In this document: positions 54,218-64,000 of the stretch, one piece after another
Numbering within the stretch: the first letter of the stretch is position 1
Layout: each line of letters opens with the position of its first letter
Assembly: GCF_006345805.1 (NCBI RefSeq)
Contig: NC_043014.1
Coordinates: forward strand, 51,646,001 to 51,710,000
Length of the DNA stretch: 64,000 bases
Origin: Octopus sinensis
Lineage: Eukaryota
Direction: 5' to 3'
Program-made: the position numbers and the translations under genes
The notes under the pieces: model-generated
Databases searched by the model: none
What the model saw: the letters and a program-made list of their open reading frames with translations, nothing else
Told to the model about the DNA's origin: nothing

Positions 54218-54973
54218 AGTGTGGATGTGCGCGTGCCAAGTGCCATGTTCTTAAATGTACAGAGTCTCATACTACGGTGATAAAGAAGCTTGTTAGAAGT
54301 ATATTCGCTAATTTAATTAGATCGTTAATCACGACAGCGTTTTCATCTCACGTCCTTTCTCTTTCTCTCCTCTCTCTCATTTGACTTCAATCTCTTTCGC
54401 TTTTATCTTGTGCGGCCTTAAGCTCTCTTCTCGGCATCATTCACCTACACACATCGCGTCTTACTGTTAATTAGTCCTGTGTGTGTACTTTGTATACGTA
54501 ATTTAAAACCACAACTCTATATATCCTTAAGCGCTTTCATCCAGGTACGTCTGTGTGTGTGTGTGTATGTGTGTGTTTGTAGCTGTGTGTGTGTGTGTGT
54601 ATATATGTGTAGGTGTATGTACGTTTTGGTGATTAGCCATCTGGAATGCTTGAGTATCACCTTCGAGGGTTTAATTTAAATATATGGGACCCATTACTGG
54701 TTTGCGTTTGGTACTTATTTTAACGATTGATAGTCGAAATGCTAATTAACTGGACCTAATAAGTCAACCAGAAAGATATTTAAACATCACTCATAAAAAC
54801 AAATGCAGACACACATATCTATCTATCTAGATATGTTGAAACACAGATATCTATCTATCTATCTATCTATCTTCTATCTATCTATCTATCTACTATCTAT
54901 CTTTCAATTCATTTAGCAGCCTATGCATCTATATATCTATACACACACACACCCATACACACCCATCTATACA

Positions 54974-55470
54974 CATCATCATCATCATTGTTCGACCGTG
55001 GTCGAGACAATGGAATTTACCATGCTACGCCAGACTTCACGGTCCATCATGGCATTACGGAGGTCCTGTTGCTGGATGCCTGTATCCCTGAAGATTACAT
55101 CAGGGTAGGAGAGTGTGCGCCCTCTGGCATTGCGAGTAGATGGCTTCCAGAGGAGAATAGTAGAAGTTACCTCTTTTTCAGCTCTACAACAATGTCCAGC
55201 AAACTGGACTCTCTTACCTTTCACAAGAGATGACACAGGTGGTAGTTTCTCATATATTTGCATTTTGGTTGGATGGCGCTTCCACGAGAGATTTTGAGCT
55301 CTCATAAGGAGGCGAGTGTAAGTTCCATCCAACCGCCTCTCAAGCTTCTTTGATGACGTCCAGGGTTCTGAGCCATATAGTAGAATTGGTTCGACTGTGG
55401 CTTTGAAGATTTCGAGTTTGAAGTCTCTACTTAGATTTGATGACAAGATCTTATGCATGTCATTACACAC
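54974..55470 (-). mobile_element. RTE/RTEX-like LINE 3' end, 5'-truncated, frame still open
   Basis: FKATVEPILLYGSEPW...FAGHCCR...DREVWR, then the stop leads directly into a (TGA)n tail. Confidence 0.9.
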
Positions 55471-55524
55471 CTATACACACGCTCAACTTTTCCTGGTTCG
55501 ATGTTCAAATACTCATATCATTTA

Positions 55525-55870
55525 TTCTTCTATTTGATTCAGTCATTTAACTGGAGTCATGCTGGAGCACTGCCTTTCGTCGAGCAATTAGAACCCCGGA
55601 CTTGTTCTTTGTAAGCCTAGTACTTATTCTATCGGTTTCCTTTGCCGAACCGTTAAGTTACGGGGACATAAACACACCAGCATCGGTTGGCAAGCGATGT
55701 TGAGGAGACAAACACAGACATACAAACATATGCTCACACACACACGCGCCTATACACGATGGGCTTCTTTTAGTTTCCGTCTAACAAATCCACTCACAAG
55801 TTTTTAGTCGGCCGGAAGCTATTGTGGGAGACACTTGCCCAAGGTGTGCCACGCAATGGGACTGAACCAC
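55525..55870 (-). mobile_element. SINE family A
   Basis: cagtcatttaactggagtcatgctggagcactgcc...acacttgcccaaggtgtgccacgcaatgggactgaacc. Confidence 0.85.
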
Positions 55871-58800
55871 TTGCCTGGCTTTGCTAATCATCTCTTTAAT
55901 TTATTAACCTTTCCTTTCATTACTCACAGGTGATTATTTCTCACGGCGTGGATTAGTCTCCAGTCCTGTTTTATACGTTCTTTCGAGTTCCCATTCATCA
56001 TATTTTACTTGACATCGGCGTCATCGTTTAGAACACAGGAATCTTCTGTAGATATCGGAGAACTCGAACCTTCGTTTGTCAAGAGATCCCAATGACGGGT
56101 AGTAGCCTTGTGTTAGAATCTATGATTTCGCAAAAGTGAAGAACAGAAAGCCAAAATGTTTTAATCAGATTGTAACTTTATCAGTATCTTCCATTTTACG
56201 AACCTATGTAAACTGAATAAAAAAAAGTTAGGCCAAATTTTGCATTACTTCCGGTGTGCGTGTGAACAGGAAGCGTGTGTGTGAGTGCTCGTGTGTGTGC
56301 ATAACATGACAAAATGCATATGTTGCTATAGACTTTTTGGCATATGAAAAAAAAAATTGAGTATTACATGAATTGTGTAAAACTCGTACCAGTCACGTAC
56401 AATAAATATTTATTTTCGTCACCGTGTTTTGCGTAACTTTTCCCTTGTTTAAGGATGAAAAAAAAAAATACATATATCGGATACTGTTTATGCATTTCAT
56501 GCTTTTTCAGGTAGAAAAAAAGTTTGAAAATATTTGCTTGAGAGACATTTGTTTTACACAGAAACTCAAACCAGGCACACATACATATCTACACAGAGGC
56601 AAACTCACACATGTTTATATTTCATGATTTACTGCATTTTATATAAAAATCTGTTTAGTTACTACGTTTTTCCTGGATGGAACTACTGCAAGCAACGGTT
56701 GGAATGACGTGTACAAACACACTAATAGTAACCCAAAATAACAAGAGACACGTATACAGATATATGAGCACCCTTCATATCAATAATGGATGAAAATAAG
56801 AAACTTTGAACAAAAAAAAAACAATATGTATCCCAATATATCATCATTCCACTTCACCTTTCTAAATTTCTACCTCATTACCGCCGTAATATATGTATGC
56901 ATATATATATATACAAAATGTGTGAGTATGTATATATGTATCATTATTTTCGTGGTGCAGTTGTTCTTGCTGTCGAACGTTGTTGAGTGATGCGCAAATA
57001 TGTATCCCATTATTGTCAACTTTACCATTCTTCCCTCTTGATTCGATAATGTAATCCAGGCGAGAGTCGCATGGTTAGATGGTATTGTAAAATACCTTCC
57101 AAAAGCGTTACACAAAGGGTTAAGAGTGATTGTTATCCGGCCTCCAGCTTTCAAATCCCGCCAGGGTTGCTCATGCACGTCATAGTGTCAGGGTTAATTA
57201 AATAAATACCAATCATGTAGTGGTATTTTCTTGCTCCTTCCTGAGCGAATACACTAGGAAATGGCTGTTGAGCGAATTAATGTCTCATTCTTGGCAACAC
57301 TAATGTGCATCCCTGCCTGCAGCCCCGACAAAATGGATGTACGAAAGACGATATACAAAGACACATCAGAGAGGGTTTAGAAAACCAGTATTAATAGGGA
57401 CTTAAACCGTCCTATCGAGTCTGTTTATCAATTATATAACCTTCGTTATAATAATTGAATTAATTTCCGTTAAAGGGGATTAAGAATACAACAAATTTTC
57501 AACAGACTTTGTACTATAATATACCCACTTAACCTGAACAGAAAAATTAAGATAAAATAAAATACAAATAAAAGTAAAAGTTGTAATTTATACAAACGGC
57601 AGTGAAAGTTGTATTTTATATAAACGCCATTGATAAGCAGACGTACTGATAAGTCAGCGAAACTTGATGTTTTTTTTTTATATTCTTAAGTTTGTGTTGG
57701 TTACTATATTCTTAAGTATCAGTAGAGAAAAAATGTTAAAAATAGAGATTTTCTGTGCGTCATTTGGTTTAACATAAAACTGGGTAAGAAAGAGAGGAAA
57801 AAGCTAAACAGACTAGATGTGCTTGTACGTCTGTGTCTATCAATGAGAGTGAGAGAGAGAGAGAAGAAGAAACGGTGAGGGACAGAGACTATATGAAAAG
57901 AGGTATACATGACTGTAAGGATATTAAAATCTAAAAATAACAAACAAAAATAAATGCCTGGAAAATGAAAGGGAGGCAATTAATCGTGTAGAACGTGTAC
58001 ACCTCATAAAATGTTATAAATTACAGCCTTTAAAACCCACCGATGAAAAAGATCACATACTAACACATACACACTAACACATTCTCCTATATACACACAC
58101 ACACCTACACATACACACACTCACACACACGCACTCACACACACACACATATATATATATGGCTGTATGTATAAAATTTCTTACGTAACTACGTACAAAC
58201 ATATACATCCATAAAATCAAATTAAAGGCGGCCTGTGTAATTAAGCGACTTAAACATGTCATGTGTCCAAAGAGAGGTCAATAAATAATCCATCAGTTTA
58301 ACGATGGTGTGCCTGTGGGAAGGAGCAAATTTCCTAGAGCTGTGTAGTATATGAATTGTTAGACGTTTAATGAAACGGCTGGTAAGTCTGGATTGTAGGG
58401 GTTCTTGTCGTTATCGTAGATATGTTGAATACAGACACAGAGAAGCGAGAAGAGGAGCAAGATATGAAGAGTGAAATATATTGACCGATAGTTACACAGA
58501 CAGACAATTACAGAAACAAGATATATATAAGGAAATAAGGGGCAGGATTCAGAATGGAGATCGGGTTGAAAATTTTCACAATTTCTATATAGACCACGGG
58601 CCAACGAAACCTCTTAGCTCTCAATCTTTCTCAGACTCTCTCTCTCTCCCTCTCTGTTTCTCTCTCTCTTTCTCTCTCTCTCTACCTATCTGTCTCCCTC
58701 TGCTAGAAATAACAAAGAAACAGTCCTCAAACTGAAACGTAGCTTTACCACATAATAAAATCCACTTAATAAAATGCTGAGCGTTTGGGTATGTCTGAAA

Positions 58801-58890
58801 TCAGTTTAGGTAATGGCTCTGCTATTTCAAGATTAACCTGAATCTATGCAACCCAGTAGAATGATATCAACGAAAAAGCGAAAATACACT

Positions 58891-58928
<38 letters not shown>

Positions 58929-58934
58929 TATATA

Positions 58935-59340
58935 TTCTTTTACTCTTTTACTTGTTTCAGTCATTTGACTGCGGCCATGCTGAAGCACCGCCTTTTAGTC
59001 GAGCAAATCGACCCCGGGACTTATTCTTTGTAAGCCCAGTACTTATTCTATCGGTCTCTTTTGACAAACCGCTAAGTGACGGGGACGTAAACACACCAGC
59101 ATCGGTTGTCAAGCAATGCTAGGGGGAAAAACACAGACACACAAACACATACACACACATATATATATATATATATACATATATACGACAGGCTTCTTTC
59201 CGTTTCCGTCTACCAAATCCACTCACAAGGCATTGGTCAGCCCGGGGCTATAGCAGAAGACACTTGCCCAAGGTGCCACGCAGTGGTACTGGACCCGGAA
59301 CCATGTGGCTGGTTAGCAAGCTATTTACCACATAGCCACT

Positions 59341-59383
<43 letters not shown>

Positions 59384-59604
59384 TATATATTCTTTTACTC
59401 TTTTACTTGTTTCAGTCATTTGACTGCGGCCATGCTGAAGCACCGCCTTTTAGTCGAGCAAATCGACCCCGGGACTTATTCTTTGTAAGCCCAGTACTTA
59501 TTCTATCGGTCTCTTTTGACAAACGCTAAGTGACGGGGACGTAAACACACCAGCATCGGTTGTCAAGCAATGCTAGGGGGAAAAACACAGACACACAAAC
59601 ACAT

Positions 59605-59645
<41 letters not shown>

Positions 59646-59802
59646 TACGACAGGCTTCTTTCCGTTTCCGTCTACCAAATCCACTCACAAGGCATTGGTC
59701 AGCCCGGGGCTATAGCAGAAGACACTTGCCCAAGGTGCCACGCAGTGGTACTGGACCCGGAACCATGTGGCTGGTTAGCAAGCTATTTACCACATAGCCA
59801 CT

Positions 59803-59805
<3 letters not shown>
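58935..59805 (-). mobile_element. Head-to-tail dimer of family A SINE (58935-59343 and 59390-59805)
   Basis: Two near-identical copies share private variants (gctgaagcac, ttttgacaaac, cagtggtactggacccgg). They are separated and flanked by (TA)n. Confidence 0.9.
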
Positions 59806-59852
<47 letters not shown>

Positions 59853-60424
59853 ATGTTTGTGTGTGTATGTATAATTATTTGTTCCTCATTCACATTATGG
59901 TATATGCATTTCGTTTTTGGATATTCCGACGTGAGGGAAACTGAGATTATCGGGAAAAAGACATCAGTAAATATAACGACTTTGACTAGCCTTATACTAG
60001 CCAGCTTGTTATGTTGTTTAATACTAAGTCGCATCTCATTATTGAGCCATTCTTAGGACACCTGTCTGGTAATTAACACAATCTTCATGCACACTCATAT
60101 GCATACAAATCTGCCTAGGTATCGATCTATTCATCTTCGTCTCTCTCTCCTTGCTGTCTCTCTCCTTCTACCCTCTTACTCTCTCCCCCCTCTCTCTGTA
60201 TCTAATTATTAGGAAATAGCGCTAATGAGATATTTTAATGTCGCCAAAAATTTCCAGTTAATCCGTTAAGGCAAATCTATTTTTCCACTCTTCTAAATAT
60301 AGAATAAAATGAGAATATTGCAAATGGCAAAAATTACATAACTTAGTATCGTCACATGGTCCAAATGATAACAAATCATTAAGAGAAATAAGCACGTACA
60401 CGTGTTTATCTGTGTGTACACACA

Positions 60425-60465
<41 letters not shown>

Positions 60466-61653
60466 CACACACACAACACACACACGCGCGCGCTTGCTTG
60501 CTTGCCCAGGCAATTGGAAATGAAAAGCCAGCTATTTCCCCAAGGTAAATATTCTGTATTGGGCAGTTCGTATAAATTTGAGAGGAAACGGGAAATTAAT
60601 ATTGTGGCTTGGACAACACAGCTTTTCTATTGACCGCAGTGTTATTTTCAGCCATAAAATCAGTACATTAGGTTTATTGCACGAGTTCAGAAGACTTGTA
60701 ATTGCGTAACAAGTAGAAACTTTCGGTTTGTATAATTTTTTTTTTTACTTCTATAAAGTAAAGTAGACTTTATTGTAAGGAAGTTAGAAAACAAACTCTC
60801 ATACACACGTTTATATAAACAAGCAATCCGTATATAAGTTGTGGCATACAATTTTACATAGGAATATATATAATTGCAAACGCAGACATTTGTGCATGTA
60901 CACACTAAAACTTCATCGTGTGATTTTGCGCACACATCATAAGCAGAGGCCATGTATTTATTGAAACCCGTGTACTAAAATGTGAAAACTGCTAGGTATG
61001 CGAGATGCAAAACCACATCACAACAAAAATACCCAACCGACAATACCCAGGGAGAGAGAGAGAGAGAGAGAAAGAAAGAGAGGGTGAGAACGGCGGTGCG
61101 CAGTTGATTTTCTTACCTAATTTCACAATTATTTCATCGATATTTTAACAGAAGTGTAAGATCATTCCAATGATCTTATTATTATATAATATAGCAATAC
61201 ATTGCATCGGTATTATTATAATAACAGCGCAACAGTATCGACTCATCAGGTATCTAAAATCCATTTGCTCGATGAATATGTTTTGCAAGAGTGCAGGCGT
61301 TTCCTCCAGGATTTTCTCTCTTCGTTTGTATACCATAGTTAAACAAGAAAATACATAAATCACAAATATATAGATCACTTTTATATATATATGCATATAA
61401 AAGTGTATATATATGCATATATATATTTGCATGTTTATATGTATATATATATATATATATGTATGTACATATTATATATATATATATGTGTGTGTGTCAG
61501 TCAGCCGAGGGAAAGACAAGAGCTACAGCCATGAATAGTTTGCTCGGTCCCATGCCTTTATATCTCTTAATTTCACACGAATAGCAAATATTACCTTGGC
61601 AGAATTTATCTTAAATGTAACACAAACAGCAATTTTACCGCTTCAAGAAAACC

Positions 61654-61692
<39 letters not shown>

Positions 61693-62384
61693 TACACACA
61701 CACATATATATGCGCGCGCACACACACACACAAACACTCATTCGAATTCACACATGTATGTGTATATATATATACACACATAGGCATACGCACACAAGCA
61801 TACAATCCCATATAACGTGCGACATTTTGTAAATATATGGACGTTATAAGTGCACTTCGCGGAGGTCCGCTTCTTTCGATCAGATAATTGTATATACATT
61901 ATTAAATAATTCGGTGAAAACAAAGGAGAAGCAGCCTCCTATGTTCGCAGAATGGGTTGTTCCAAATTGTTTTCCCGTCAGATATATTTGTAATTTCCCA
62001 TCTCTCTTATAAACCACTGGCCATTTCACTTTGATGTAATTCACATTTTCAGACATTTGTCATATCCGCAAATGTGACATTCCATTTCCTGAAAAGAATT
62101 CATCATATTTACATTATTTTATACGAATGTGCTTCAAGTGGAATCTAAACATCTGTTTCTGGTAGCGTTGTATTCGTAAACGACTGCATAAATATATCTG
62201 AAAGGCCACTTTAACCAAACCTTATTTTTTTTATATATACAGCTGCTTAAATTAGATATAAGCACCTTTGTATTCGATGAATATTCTTCAGTCACCGATT
62301 TTTTTTTTCATTCACTGAGAGAACTTCCATCTCGATTTATTATCAGATCAATTTACCATCGAAATAACCCTTACTAATATACTC

Positions 62385-62745
62385 TTTACTCTCTCTTTTA
62401 CTCTTTTACTTGTTTCAGTCATTTGACTGCGGTCATGCTGGAGCACCGCCTTTAGTCGAGCAAATCGACCCCGGGACTTATTCTTTGTAAGCCCAGTACT
62501 TATTCTATCGGTCTCTTTTGTAAACATACCAGCATCGGTTGTGAAGCAATGTTAGGGAGACAAACACAGACACACAAACACACACATACACATACATATA
62601 TATATATATACGACAGGCTTCTTTCAGTTTCCGTCTACCAAATCCACTCACAAGGCTTTGGCCGTCCCGAGGCTATAATAGAAGACACTTGCCCAAGGTG
62701 CCACGCAGTGGGACTGAACCCGGAACCATGTGGTTGATAAGCATG
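62385..62745 (-). mobile_element. SINE family A with internal deletion
   Basis: Matches 4257-4631 but lacks the gccgaaccgctaagtgacggggac segment. Confidence 0.9.
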
Positions 62746-64000
62746 CTATATCTATTTAATTCTTTGTATTTTTATATGGCGTCTTGTTACAACACAACAT
62801 ATCACCAGTCTTGCATTCAACCTTTTCGCTATATCTCTTAATAAACATCTCTTAATAAACACAACAGAATAATTGCCTGAAGTTTTGTGATCACCACTCA
62901 TTAATCTCAGTAGACACTATACACAAAACGGATTGCATATTCTCAACGTTCAGATAGCAAAAAAGGCCTCTTGAGTATAAAAATCGGAACTCTATTTTGG
63001 AGATCCTAAATATTCAGATCATATATTTCAACAATGCAAATAGGATTTCTCCGGTTAATGCTCTCGAATTAATGCTCCACTGCTTCAGCTATCTTCTACC
63101 AATGAATAAATGAAGGCAAAGCTCCTGCAGGCGTAAACAACAAAAGGAAACTGTTGTGAATACCTTGCATTATGTTTAAATATTTGCAACGAACGGTTTG
63201 AATCCGGTGATGTCTTATTGGCTCGGAACAGAAACTTTTTTAGAATTTAACAAACTATTTGATATTTATGCAAATGAGGTTGGCCTGGCCAGTTCTGATT
63301 ATCTTTTATTCTATTATTCGTCCTTGTATCCCGATATTCCTCGATTCCCAATTTCAATTATTTCTGAGGAGATAATTATACAGCTTCGGTAGGTCGTGCT
63401 AATATGCGAATTATGAACGCAATTAAATTGAGGAGCAATTCTTGATGTTTGCAATTGTTCGTATTCCCTATAAAGACTGAAAATTTACATATGGGAAATA
63501 ATGCTCAATTCAAACGTAATCCTTCACCTGAAGAGCGAAGAATATGATGAGAAATTCCGTTTCAGTGGTGAAGAATTATAATTCGGGCTCCTAAAGTAAT
63601 TGTGAGAATGTTTCATAGAAGAATTTTATAGTATGCCAGGAACGAAGAAAATGAAAATAATTGGCGTTTGTATTTAGGATAATTTACATAAATCTAACTG
63701 AAACTATAATTGTGCTGTTTTATATTTTATAGAAATAATTGCTTGACTTTCATTGAGAATATGAAATAATTATTGCATGTTCTGATAAAAATTTCAGCGC
63801 AAACTTACATAATATAAAAAAATATGTAAATTAGATTAAAATCTAATTTATAAGTGTTAAAATGAATTAAATGAATACACGTCATATTTCTAGAAAAAAG
63901 AACATGTTGCAAAATAAAACAAATAATAATAATGATAATAATAAGAAGAAATAATAATTATAAAGTTGTTGTTGAAAAAGGTTTATGAATAATTTTGAAT

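Noticed and set aside
253-63392. The many long ORFs rich in Y/I/M/C/V/H/T
   Set aside because: They are translations of (TA)n, (TG)n and (TATG)n, which lack stop codons in some frames, or of SINE bodies. They are not genes.
63198-63392. ORF with faint ubiquitin/SUMO-like spacing (FNKLFDIYANEVGL)
   Set aside because: Too few diagnostic residues, a TTG start, and no splice support.
1-64000. CRISPR array, rRNA or prokaryotic/viral system
   Set aside because: There are no repeat-spacer arrays, rRNA signatures or gene-dense segments. The tandem repeats lack unique spacers.

Overview
This is AT-rich eukaryotic DNA dominated by microsatellites and transposons. The SINE families and the (TA)n/(CA)n load point to a coleoid cephalopod, most likely Octopus (inference from recalled repeat families; no search run). 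No host protein-coding gene can be named, so the window reads as a very large intron or intergenic DNA. Nearly all entries in the ORF track are translations of microsatellites or SINEs. Supportable features: about 20 tRNA-derived SINE copies from at least 4 modular families; four 5'-truncated LINE ends (CR1-like, R4/Dong-like, two RTE-like); a mariner MITE with a transposase remnant; a hAT MITE with an 8-bp TSD; a non-autonomous Helitron; a 3.2-kb degenerate (TA)n field; and several local duplications. The most interesting signal is three copies of a ~200-bp pyrimidine-rich repeat, two of them ending in GATTAAC+(TA)n. Each carries a minimal type-I hammerhead-ribozyme fold with covarying stems and a near-palindromic stem III, the hallmark of Penelope-like-element or retrozyme RNAs. 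Also notable are a ~95-bp-arm palindrome beside a pre-miRNA-sized hairpin, a candidate 12-nt microexon, and visible head/tail module swapping among SINEs. All exon calls are low-confidence.
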